Source: Felis catus
Lineage: Eukaryota
Length of the DNA: 64,000 bases
Direction: 5' to 3'
Assembly: GCF_018350175.1 (NCBI RefSeq)
Contig: NC_058377.1
Location: 100,502,001-100,566,000 of the forward strand
In this document: in pieces, positions 47,845 to 59,320 of the stretch
Layout: every line of letters starts with the position of its first letter
How positions within the stretch are numbered: the stretch's first letter is position 1
Translations under genes and position numbers: made by a program
Notes under the pieces: model-generated
What the model saw: the letters and a program-made list of their open reading frames with translations, nothing else
Told to the model about the DNA's origin: nothing
Databases searched by the model: none

Positions 47845-49342
47845 AAAATTTTATTTATTTATTTATTTATTTATTTATAACTTAAACTTTATTTAGTGAG
47901 CATACAGTACAATATTGTCTTCGGGAATAGAATTCAGTGATTCATCACTTACATACAACATCCAGTGTTCACCGTAACAAGGGCCCTCCTTAATACCCAT
48001 CATGCATCTAACCCCACTCCCACTTACCTCCTTCTGTCAACCCTCAGGTTGTTCTCTATCGCTAAGAACTTCTTGTGATTTGTTTCCCTCTGTCCTCTTT
48101 CCCCTTACCTTCCCATATGTTCATTTGTTTTATTTCAATTCCACATGTGAGTGAAATCATGTGCTCTCTGTCTTTCTCTGATTGACTTATTGTTCTTAGC
48201 ATAGTACTGTCTAGTTCCATCTTCATCATTGCAAATGGCAATATTCAATTCCTTTTGATGGCTGACTAATATTCCATACATCCATTGTATGTATATATAC
48301 AATTACAAGTCTCACATTTTCTTTATCCACTCATCAATTTATGGACATTTGGGCCCTCTCCATAGTTTGGATATTGTTGTTGAAGCTACTATAAACATTG
48401 GGATGTATATACACCTTTGAATTCATATTTTTGTATCCTTTGGGTAAACAATAGTGAAATTGCTGGGTAATAGAGTAGTTCGATTTTCAGTTTTTTGAGG
48501 AACTTCATACTGTTTTCCAGAGCGGCTACACCAGTTTGCCCTCTCACCGACAGTATCAGAGGCTTCCCTTTTCTCCTCATCCTCACCAGCACCTGTTGTC
48601 TCTNNNNNNNNNNNNNNNNNNNNNNNNNNNNNNNNNNNNNNNNNNNNNNNNNNNNNNNNNNNNNNNNNNNNNNNNNNNNNNNNNNNNNNNNNNNNNNNNN
48701 NNNNNNNNNNNNNNNNNNNNNNNNNNNNNNNNNNNNNNNNNNNNNNNNNNNNNNNNNNNNNNNNNNNNNNNNNNNNNNNNATTTACTTTGAGTCTGATAA
48801 GTTCTTTATAAATTTTGGATACTGGACATTTATCAGATGTGTTATAAAGCTGTAGTCATCAAGACAGCATGGTTCTGCCCCCAAAACAGATACATAGTTC
48901 AATGGAACAGAATAAAAAAAAACCCAGAAATGGACCTATAACTCTATGGTCAACTAATCTTCAACAGAGCAGGAAAGAATATCCAGTGGAAAAAAGACAT
49001 TCTCTTCAGCCAATGGTGTTGGGAAAACTGGGAAGGGACATGCAGAGGAATGAAACTGGACTGCTTTTTTATACCATACACGAAAATAAATTCAAAATGG
49101 AGGGAAGACCTAAATGGGAGACAAGAAACCATCAAAATCATAGAAAGAAACACAGGCAGCAACCTCTTTGGCCTTGGCCAGAGCAACTTGTTAGTAGACA
49201 TGTTTCTGGAAGCAAGGGAAATGAAAGCAAACATAACTTTTGGGACTTCACCAAGAAAGAAAGCTTCTGCACAGCAAAGGAAACAATCACCAAAACTAAA
49301 AGGCAGCATATGGGATTGGAGGACATATTTGCAAGTGACATG
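47845..49342 (-). mobile_element. Carnivore L1 with a twin-priming 5' inversion (antisense 3' part to 48840, inverted ORF2 segment 48841-49342)
   Basis: (TTTA)n tail, antisense 3' UTR/ORF2 ending ...tttatcagatgt, then sense ORF2 (aaagctgtagtcatcaagacag...atatttgcaagtgacatg). The two ends are adjacent in the L1 consensus. Confidence 0.85.
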
Positions 49343-49350
49343 TTTTTTTT

Positions 49351-49461
49351 CCTCACACTGCATGGAGCCAAATGCATAACTTGAACTCATGACCCTGTGA
49401 TCAAGACCTGAGCTGAGAGCAAAAGTTGGATGCTTAACTAACTGAGCTACCCATGCATCCC
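49351..49461 (-). mobile_element. Can-SINE 5' half, abutting the inverted L1
   Basis: catgaccctgtgatcaagacctgagctgag...gagctacccatgcatccc; 3' half absent. Confidence 0.8.
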
Positions 49462-49635
49462 TCTCTGGTAATAATCTTTAGTGAAATGTTGAATATAAGG
49501 AGTGAGAGTGAGCATCTTGGTATTGCTCTGACTTTCTGAGAGAAATATTTTGTGGGACATGGTTGTTTGTTGAGTGATTTGTCTAAATTATTTTTCTAAA
49601 ATCTATATTCTTTGCTATGTGTGGTTATGAAAACT

Positions 49636-49783
49636 TCTCTCTCTCTCTCTCTCTCTGTCTCTTTTAAGTAGGCTTCACACCCAGTGTGAACCCATTTCAG
49701 AGCTTAAACTCACGACCCTGAGATCAAGACCTGAGCTGAGATCAAGAGTTGAACACTTAACCAACATAACCATCTAGGCGCCC
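49636..49783 (-). mobile_element. Can-SINE (older subfamily)
   Basis: (CT)n then gaccctgagatcaagacctgagctgagatcaagagttg...ctaggcgccc. Confidence 0.85.
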
Positions 49784-50064
49784 TGAACTATATCTTCTAT
49801 TAGCTTAGTGGTTAGCTAGGTATTTGACAGAGACATCTTTGAACAATTCACACAAAAATAATGGTAACACAGATCTACATCTATCTTCGGTTGTGTTCAG
49901 ACTTTTGTGTAATGTCGCTTCTTCACAAATATATTGAGGCTTTTTAAAAAATGACCTAATACTTAATTGTGTAAGTCTTCCATCTACACAAGGCAAATAA
50001 TGTGTATTCTTTGTTATTTATATAATTTTATATATACAACCATATCCTTTTAAACTGCATTGTC

Positions 50065-50278
50065 TTTTTAAAAATATTTATTTATTTATTTTGAGAGAGG
50101 GAGTATGTGCGTGCAAGTAAGGGAGGAACAGAGAGAAAGGGAGGGAGGGAGAGAATCCCAAGCAGGCTCCCCGCTGTCAGCACAGAGCCCAATGCCGGGC
50201 TCCACCTCACGAACCAGGAGACCATCACCTGAGCTGAAATCAAGAGTCGCTTAATTGACTGAACCACCCAGGTGCCCC
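50065..50278 (-). mobile_element. Can-SINE
   Basis: TSD taaactgcatt. Confidence 0.93.
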
Positions 50279-50390
50279 TAAACTGCATTATTCAGATCTT
50301 TTCTATCCTTCCTGAAATATTGCCTGCTTTTCTCATCCATAATATAAAAAGGAACATTGAAATCTTCTACTGTGAAGGTGGATTCATTTT

Positions 50391-50616
50391 TTTTTTATTT
50401 AAAATTTTTTTTTCAACGTTTATTTATTTTTGGGACAGAGAGAGACAGAGCATGAACGGGGCAGGGGCAGAAAGAGAGGGAGACACAGAATCTGAAACAG
50501 GCCCCAGGCTCCGAGCCATCAGCCCAGAGCCCGACGTGGGGCTCGAACTCACGGACCGCGAGATCGTGACCTGGCTGAAGTCGGACGCTTAACCAACTGC
50601 GCCACCCAGGCGCCCC
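50391..50616 (-). mobile_element. Young felid Can-SINE (SINEC_Fc1-type)
   Basis: CpG-rich; TSD ggattcatttt. Confidence 0.97.
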
Positions 50617-51440
50617 AAGGATTCATTTTTTTTTAATGGACTTACCTAATTTTGTTTCATGCCTTCTGAGGCTGTATTACTAAGTGCATGTGTGAGTCAT
50701 GGTCATGCAGCAAGGAGAAGACAAATGCTGTAATTTAAGGGCAGTTTATAAGAGGTAATTTTCATGATGTGGACCACTGTAGGAGAACCCAATGAATGTG
50801 CAATGTTTTAGGCTAGTGGAGTTGAGTGTGTTAGAGTATGGTGCGTGAACAGAAGGGATGAGCAGAAGTGGAGATAAGCAATGCAAAAAGGAAAAACATA
50901 TTATGAAATGAAACCTTAGATGGACCTTGCATGGACCTGGGAGGATCTTCTGCTGTGAACCAAAGACTATGATTTATTCAATCTGTTCCCATTAGGTTCC
51001 ACTGACACTCTATTTCTCTCTCACACAACGTGGAGAGGGAGATAATACAAAGCAAAACAAAAACAAATCAAAATAAGGGGAGAAGATGTGCACTGTGGCA
51101 CTTCCAAATTCTAACCAGTATCCTAAGTAGGTAGTATCCAATTAAACAAAAGGATTATACTTAGAATGATAAATAATTCTACATTTATTTAATTATTATG
51201 TGTCATGATAAACAACAGACTCTTCAGTCTTCAAGGAAGTTATTCTAGGAGAGGAGAGGAAGAAAAACAAAGACCTATATTATTACATCAGTGCCATAAC
51301 ATTACAGAAGTATTGAATCACTCAGGTAATAACTCTCAAGAGATAAATGAAATAAGCCTCAAGCCCATGTATATGAACTTATAAAAATATAGGCTTTGTT
51401 TCTCAAATTATAACCACACACACATTGGCCACCGTACGAT

Positions 51441-51695
51441 GCCCATGGGAGTTTTTCCCTCGGGTCCCTCCTGTGCTTTCACCTCAAGGTATTCCCAACA
51501 ATGCTTTCCTGAAAGGTTCATCGGGCTGGAAGCTTCACAGGAAAGTCAGGGGCCTTCTGCATCTGTTTGCAGTTTTATAGCACAGGCACAGAAAGTAAAA
51601 AACAAAACAAAACAAAACAAAACAGCCTGAAGGATCATCTTCACATTCCAAAGAGACGTAAAATGTTGCAGAAGTGAGCCTCCTGATCAGTAAGT
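51441..51695 (+). promoter_or_regulatory. Candidate promoter/first exon of the frameshifted OR4P-type gene
   Basis: Two O/E(EBF)-like sites, GCCCATGGGA (51441-51450) and TCCCTCGGGT (51456-51465), followed by donor TCA|GTAAGT at 51690; matching acceptor tttcAG at 55753-55754. Confidence 0.4.
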
Positions 51696-52316
51696 ATATG
51701 TGTCTGTGTGTGTGTGTGTGCATACACACACATATATATATTAATATAAATATATAATATATATTATATATTCATTTATATAAAAATATGCATGTATAAA
51801 CTTGGAGAAAATAATTGGGATTTTTAACAATAATTCATTTTATATAAAAATTTGATCTTATGAAATTCCTATCTTTAAGTTTAAATTCTTCTGGAATGCA
51901 TTTTCTTTGTGGTTACTTGCAAGAGAGGGCATTCAGAATATTCAGGAGAAAATATGGATAATTTGAGGGAAAATTGAGGCTTTAAAGCTTTTATATGTAT
52001 TTGTGAGAGAGTATTAAGCAAAACGAATAAAGTATGAGCTTCTAAATCATACAGAAAAGGGTTTACATATAGACTTCCCCTTAGTACGTATATAACATTG
52101 GGTTGAAGTTTCTTTATTTGCAAAAACGGGGACAATAGTATAATAGCTGATCAGGTCATACTGTAGATGAAATGGTTTTTAAATTAAAAACATTTACTAA
52201 AGTGCCTAGAATATATTATTACTTAGTATTTTGTGTCTAAACATTTTACTCTAACTACAGCACCTAGTTAAGACCATAACTTTTTCACAATTTTTCCTTT
52301 ATTATGGATACAATAG

Positions 52317-52506
52317 ATTTTTTAAAATTTATTTATTTGTTTTTTGGTGGGGAAGGGCAGAGAGAGAACAAGAGAGAGAAACCCAAGCAGGCTCCACACT
52401 GTCAGCGCAGAGCCCTATGCAAGGCTCAAACCCATGAACTGTGAGATCATGACCTGATCCGAAATCAAGAGTCAGATGCTTAACCAACCGAGCCACACAG
52501 GTGCCT
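52317..52506 (-). mobile_element. Can-SINE
   Basis: cccaagcaggctccacactgtcagcgcagagccc...gagccacacaggtgcc. Confidence 0.9.
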
Positions 52507-53653
52507 CATGGATGTGTGTTTTTAAAAGCCAGAAAAATCATTTCAGATTGTCCTTGGTGGATGTTTACATTATCCACAGACTCTCATGTCCTTTAGTCAT
52601 AAATCCATCTTCCAAATCACCTTATGAAACTTTTTTTTCCCTTTCAACCTATGGTTGTGTATTTGCAAACATTCCTCACAGAGATATTTCTCAAGTAATT
52701 TGAAGTTTAAGGAGAGATTCTTGAAAGAAATTCTTTAAATAAAAGGTATGTAAAAAAGTGGACTCAAAAAATTCTTTACTCCAAACCCCCATGCATCTAA
52801 GCATACATATGGTGATATATATATATATATATATATGTAATTATATGTGTGTCTCTTTCTATATATATTTTTTTCTATATATATTCATTTATATGTAATA
52901 TATATTTAAATTGGGAGAAAACAAGAAGGATTTTTAACAATTCATCTTGTATAAANNNNNNNNNNNNNNNNNNNNNNNNNNNNNNNNNNNNNNNNNNNNN
53001 NNNNNNNNNNNNNNNNNNNNNNNNNNNNNNNNNNNNNNNNNNNNNNNNNNNNNNNNNNNNNNNNNNNNNNNNNNNNNNNNNNNNNNNNNNNNNNNNNNNN
53101 NNNNNNNNNNNNNNNNNNNNNNNNNNNNNNATTTTTCTATATGGGCCTGTGTTTTCCCAACTGATGTTCAATCTTTGTACTCTAAGCAACACTGGACCAA
53201 ATGTTGAGAGATGTTGAATCTTGCACAAGAATGCAAGTTGAGTCTTGTTCAGGATGCATTCTAAACCAACAGCTGAACTTGCTACAGGTTCATTCGACAG
53301 CTTTATGAAAAATTATCTGTAGATCCATATATGTCCTTCAACTGATCATATTCTTCCACAAACAAGGGTTAGGTTTAGATAGTCTCAATTTACAAATAAA
53401 TACGTATTTGACTAAGCTCTGTTTTGAATGCAAGACAAATAAATACCAACGCTAAGTTTTTCCTTGTACTTACTATATATCTAACATGAGTACTTCAACC
53501 CATACCATTGTGGCCAAGTAAAGAATCCATAGGTAAATCCAATGAGCTAATGAAAGTTCTGATATCTATTTTTTTATACAATAGTTTGTTCCTCTCCAAA
53601 CATTTTTGGGACTTGACGAGTTAGAACTGTCAGGCCTTCTATTGTATATTCTT

Positions 53654-53869
53654 TTTTTTTTTTTTTCAACGTTTATTTACTTTTGGGACAGAGAGAGACA
53701 GAGCATGAACGGGGGAGGGGCAGAGAGAGAGGGAGACACAGAATCGGAAACAGGCCCCAGGCTCCGAGCCATCAGCCCAGAGCCCGATGCGGGGCTTGAA
53801 CTCACGGACCACGAGATCGTGACCTGGCTGAAATCGGACGCTTAACCGACTGCGCCACCCAGGCGCCCC
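53654..53869 (-). mobile_element. Young felid Can-SINE (SINEC_Fc1-type)
   Basis: Perfect 17-bp TSD ttctattgtatattctt at 53637-53653 and 53870-53886. Confidence 0.97.
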
Positions 53870-54769
53870 TTCTATTGTATATTCTTAAATGAACTTCATT
53901 TTGCTCTTGGATCCAGAAGTTTTAGTTCCACATACCAGCTGAAGGAGTAGGATCGGGGAGAACGAACTGCTCAGTGTGAACAAGAAATACTTAACAAGAC
54001 ATGGGAGCCTGGATACTCTACCTTCACAATCATCAGATAAAGAATCTGCCCACTACGTCATATGTTTCCCCCGTTGGCACCATTAAAATAATTCATAGAC
54101 ATTAATAGTCTTTTAGGCAAATCATGATTTTGCTGTGGAGGATGCTTGGTTATGGGAAAAGGTGATGTTTCCACATATTCACTCTCTGCTCCTGCGTCTA
54201 CTGAGTCTAAGTGGTTGCACTGTTCTAAATGTAGCGTTAAATATTCAGGACATTCTTTAATCACACTGGGTTCTTCAATATGGCAACAGAGAACACCTAG
54301 CTCTCCACAATGTTTCTAACATGTTAACAACAATCTCTAATATGTGTCTTTAGAATGGTTAGGAAAAAGGGAAAGCTTTTACATGACAAGAACCTGTGTT
54401 CCTATTTCCAGATGCCCAAACAGGGTTTCCAAATCCCTGTTTCCTGTATCTCCTTGTTCTAAATCTTGACCAAACCTGTCAAAAAGGGGAATCACTGAAA
54501 CTATTATCCACTAATCAAGGATATTTCTCTGCTATGATTAAGAGCCTTGATTTTGTTCTTATTTTAAGAATATATCTTCAGTTTCAATGGATACATGCAA
54601 TGTTTGTGTGTATTGGGACACTATATATAAATTATATACAGCATAGAGAAGGGGAGGGACTTGTTTAAAGTTATACAGGTGGTAAATGGCAGAGAGAGGT
54701 AAAACCCATATCTTTTAAGGAGATGGAAAACAGTTGGAAGTCCATTTGCTCAGTGGGTAATATGGCGGA

Positions 54770-54960
54770 GCTGTTAAGAGCATGGACATGGCATCTGAAA
54801 CAGGTTTATATCTTTGGTTGCTACTTGATACCTTAATGATTTGGTGGGATTAACTGAACCCACCTATTTTTCTGTTTCCCCACATGTAAAATGAGTATCA
54901 GGATAGTAACCATTGGTCTGTTATGAATTAAATGAATGCAAAATGCTTACAAGAGTTTCA
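54770..54960 (+). mobile_element. MIR
   Basis: ctgtttccccacatgtaaaatgagtatcaggatagtaacc...ttatgaattaaatga. Confidence 0.55.
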
Positions 54961-54994
54961 AACAGACAATATGCTTTCATTGAATACCATTTAC

Positions 54995-55600
54995 AGTCCC
55001 TACTGGTACAGCCACTCTGGAAAACAATATGGAGGCTCCTCAAAAAGTTAAAAAAATAGAACTACCCTAAGACCCAGCAATTGCACTACTATTTACCCTA
55101 AGGATATAAAAATGCCAATTTGAAAAGACACATGCACCCTGATGTTTATAGCACTTTATCAACAATAGTCAAATTATGGAAAGAGTCCAAATGTCCATTG
55201 ACTCATGAATGGATAGAGAAGATGTGGGGTATATAGAGCAATGACATGGAGGGAGCCAGAGAGTATTGTCCTAAGCAAAATAAGTCAGTTTGAGATTCAT
55301 GCCATATTATTTCAGTCATATTTGGAATTTAAGAAACAAAACAAATGAAAATAATGGGAATCAGAGAGACAAATCAGGAAACAGACTCTTAATTATAGAA
55401 AACAGACTGATGGCTACTGGAGGGGAGGCGGGTGGGGGTGGGTTAAATGGGTGAATGGGTGTTAAGGACCGCAATGTGATGAGCACCAGGGGTTGTATGT
55501 AAGTGACGGATCACTAAATTCTACAACCAAAACTAACATTATACTGTATGGTAACTAATTGGAATGTAAATAAAAATTTGAAGAAAGAAAAAATTAAACA
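54995..55600 (+). mobile_element. Carnivore L1 ORF2 end plus 3' UTR
   Basis: ggtacagccactctggaaaacaatatggaggctcctcaaaaag...gatgagcaccaggggttgtatgtaagtg...AATAAA at 55569-55574. Confidence 0.85.
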
Positions 55601-55796
55601 AATATCATTTGAAATATAATGACTCCCTTAACCCGAAAGGATTTCAAAGATTGAGCCTGTGACAAATTCTCTATGACCTGCGTCTTTTTTTAGTGTGTAA
55701 ATACCCCCAAACTCAAAAGGTGCTATTGACAATGTATGTTCTGTATCGTTTCAGATGAATTAACTTTCTGTTTAACTCTGGACTCACCTCAACCTC

Positions 55797-56725
55797 ATGG
55801 AAAATCAGAACAATGTCACAGAATTTGTTTTCATGGGTCTGTGGGGAAATAAGCAAATGGAGCTCCTGTTCTTTTTCTGGTTCCTGCTCTGTTACTTGGC
55901 AATCTTAATGGGCAACTTCATTATCTTACTCACAATCACCTGCAGCCATTTAATCGAAGAGCCGATGTACTACTTTCTCTGTCACCTTTCCCTCATGGAT
56001 CTCTGCTACACCTCCACCGTGGTCCCCAGGCTAATCAGGGACTTAGGTGCCGCAAGAAGAAACATCTCCTATAACAATTGTATGACCCAGCTCTTCGCTG
56101 CCCACTTGCTGGCGGGTGTGGAGATATTCATCTTGGTGTCCATGGCTTTTGACCGCTATGTTGCCATTGTCAAGCCCCTGCACTACACGGTCCTCATGAA
56201 CCGGCAGAGGTGTAACATGTTGATCTTCACGGCCTGGGCTGTGGGTTTTTGGCACTCCATTGCTCTGTTGCTCATGGTACTCAACTACCTTTCTGTGGTC
56301 CTAATCAGATAGATCACTACGTATGTGATGTGAAGCCTCTTTTGAAACTGGTGTGCAGCGACATTCGTGTTGTTAGTATCTTAGTGATTGCTAATTCAGG
56401 GATGGTGGTGGTTGTAATTTTTCTTGTCCTGGTGGCTTCTTACATACTCATATTATATAATCTTAGGACCCGCTCCTCCGCAGGGCGACGCAAAGCTCTC
56501 TCCACCTGCAGCTCTCACGTAATGGTGGTGGTTTTATTCTTTGTGCCTTGTATGTATATCTATGTTCTACCTGCAGGGAGTGAGAACAAGGATAAGGAAA
56601 TATCCGTGTTTTACACTGTGATTGCCCCCATGCTGAATCCTCTCATCTATACCCTGAGAAACACGGAGATGAAAACCGCCATGCGGAAGGTGTGGTCTAA
56701 AATGGCACATTCAAATTTCAAGTAA
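55797..56725 (+). pseudogene. OR4P-type olfactory receptor with a single 1-bp deletion frameshift at about 56283-56287
   Basis: ORF 55797-56312 gives TM1-TM4 (MENQNNVTEF...MAFDRY...). ORF 56249-56725 continues in another frame from LPFCGPN to [12 protein letters not shown] and the stop. The span is 929 nt; adding 1 nt at CTC AAC TA CCT TTC gives 309 codons plus stop. Confidence 0.9.
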
Positions 56726-57207
56726 AGGTGTTATTAACTGCACTTCCAACTTTGTGTCCCCACAGCATATTATTTCAGGTGTTACAGAAAACATATAACT
56801 TTTGGGGGGAAGCTGGACCAAATGGCCTCTAACATAGAAGAGCCAAAGAAGGAAGTCACTGCAGTTCAGATTGTAGTCTGCACTCTAAACTTTCCAAGTG
56901 GTTCCAGATATGGTTGCATGGGTTTTAATGCTAGAAATGCCGTTCTAAAACACATGCCCAATCATATCACTACTCTCTCCAAAGATATGCAAGGAACCCT
57001 ATATTCCTTGGAACAAAATCCAAACTTCTCGCTGTTTGTGAAAATTTCTCCTGGCCAAACTTGCTAATGTCAGAAATCACTACATTGGTATAAAGCATGG
57101 TGTTACAATGAAAGATATTGGGGCCAGGGAGAGGTGAATGATTATTGACTCTGGTGTGTTTTTATCTCTGTGTCTTGTTAATTTGCTTCATATATGCATC
57201 CTCCCCC

Positions 57208-57434
57208 CTTTTTAAATATTTAGTTAATTTTGAGAGAGAGGGAGAGATAGTGAGAGAGAGAGAGGTAGTGCAAGCGAGGGAGGGGCAGAGAGAGAGGGAG
57301 ACACAGAATCCTAAGCAGGCTCCAGGTCTGAGCTATCAGCACAGAGCCAGACATGGGCCTGGAACTCATGAACTGTGAGATTATGACCTGAGCTGAAGTC
57401 CAACGCTTAACCGACCGAGCCACCCAAGTGCCCC
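57208..57434 (-). mobile_element. Can-SINE
   Basis: Full-length reverse copy ending ...gagccacccaagtgcccc. Confidence 0.93.
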
Positions 57435-57814
57435 ATATGCCTCCCCTTTTCTCAAATATCTATGAAATGAGTACTATTGTACTTTAGAAAGTTGCAATAT
57501 TACTTTGACTAACACATGTGAAGATTTAGCAGGGCATATGGCTGCTGGAAACGTTACATATTTTCGTTCTTTCTCTACCCTTCTTCATTTATTCCCTGTG
57601 CTTGGATGCTTTCAACCAGCTGCACTGGACTTCTCTACATTCTCCAAACATACTCTAAAGTCTGTCAGCGCTATGACTATTTCTTCTCTCTTCTCTGCTT
57701 ATGTTGCCCCCACTATGCCTTAGTGTTCATGTCTTACCTATAAGTCAGACTCTTGATGTTTTCTTATTCCAGAAGATTTTGCTGACTCATGGACAGACCA
57801 GAAGCATTTCTGAT

Positions 57815-57862
57815 CTGTTCTTTTGTTGATATGGAACTGTTCTTTTGTTGATATGAAACTGT
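57815..57862. repeat. 22-bp tandem duplication
   Basis: ctgttcttttgttgatatg(g/a)aa at 57815 and 57837. Confidence 0.9.
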
Positions 57863-58715
57863 ACATCTACTCCTTTAAAAATAATCCTGTGCCCCATATT
57901 AGTGTTTCTTCTTATGTGTTTTTCCAGTTTGATTGAGCCAACTCAAAGAAGTGGTATATATTTATTTTCTTTTATCTGTTTTCTAACAATAAACCCACGC
58001 AAATTAAGAAGTTAACAGGTAATGAATTACTTTCAAAGATACTATCTTCTCTTTTTATTGGCCTTTATACATTGTTCTCACATATCCAGCACTTCCCCTT
58101 ATGTTATGAGCTATCATGCATTAATAATAAAATGTGTAATGTCAGAAAGGTTAAAACTTCAACATACATTCCCTGTAGCAATCAGGGATGAAGTCCAACA
58201 GACTCTCAGCCCCCTATAATATCTTTTTTCTTATTTTCTGCATTTTGAGGTACTACTATTTTAATTTTCATTTATTCCTTGTCCTCTGAATCACATAGCC
58301 TGGGTCTTGGTTCCCATTTGTGTAGACATTTCTCTCTGCGAAAGTATTTGCCTTTCTCAGCAGAACGATTGCATCATTTTCACAGTTTCCTCGATTGAAT
58401 TACTCCTGCCCCAGAGCCAATGAGAAGTCCAGGACAAAACATAAATGAGATACTGTTTGCTCTAATGTCAGGAAATCTTCCTTTGATAGTTCTACTTTTA
58501 GAACTTTTCACACATCGAATTACTTTTTTTTTCTTCATGGATCCAGGAAAACCTGTGGCTTATCAAAGATAAACATTCTATTTCATAGGAAATCAAGTCT
58601 GTCTAGTCATAGTTTGGTTTGAACTGGCTTAATATAGTAATTCTCCAAAGAATATTTGGATTATTTTTAATACAGAAATGTAGTGTGTATATTTGTTCCT
58701 GTGTATGTGTGATAA

Positions 58716-58718
<3 letters not shown>

Positions 58719-58758
<40 letters not shown>

Positions 58759-58765
58759 TGTGTGT
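58719..58765. repeat. (TG)n microsatellite
   Basis: Direct reading. Confidence 0.95.
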
Positions 58766-58958
58766 AGTAGGGGGCAGGTTGATGGTCTTGAGGATGGGTC
58801 AGAGGAAATACTTGACCCATCAGAAAGAATGCTACACAACAAAACCAAAACATTTTCTTATCATTTGTTTTTCTCAACAATTCATAAGATTTTATTGGCA
58901 AAAAATTATGACTGTTTTATATAGTAAGCCCACCAAAAATATACTGAGCTATACTGAG

Positions 58959-58959
<1 letters not shown>

Positions 58960-59003
<44 letters not shown>
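58960..59003. repeat. (AT)n microsatellite preceded by a 10-bp duplication atactgagct
   Basis: Direct reading. Confidence 0.95.
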
Positions 59004-59004
<1 letters not shown>

Positions 59005-59103
59005 TGGATAACTTAGTTATCCAGTTGTAAGTTGTTCTTTCTAGAATTATCTTTCCAGTCTGTAGAACAATATTTAATAACTTCAAAAATACCTGGAATC
59101 TCG

Positions 59104-59320
59104 TTTTTTTAAATCTTTTTTAAAATATTTATTCATTTTTGAGAGAGGGACAGCGTGAGTAGGAGAGGGGCAGAGAAAGAGGGAGACACAGAATCTAGAG
59201 CAGGCTCCAGGATCTGAGCTGTCAGCACAGAGCCCAATGTGGGGCTCGAACTCATTAACTATGAGATCATGACCTGAGCTGAAGTCAGACACTTAAGCAA
59301 CTGAACCCCCCAGGCACCCC
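59104..59320 (-). mobile_element. Can-SINE
   Basis: TSD aatctcg; full-length. Confidence 0.93.

Noticed and set aside
48869-49390. 171-, 146- and 109-aa overlapping ORFs
   Set aside because: Off-frame and frameshifted readings of a decayed L1 ORF2 segment.
54995-55600. Sense L1 with AATAAA in the predicted intron as the cause of OR inactivation
   Set aside because: The L1 is old and diverged while the OR has only one lesion, so the gene evidently stayed under constraint long after the insertion.
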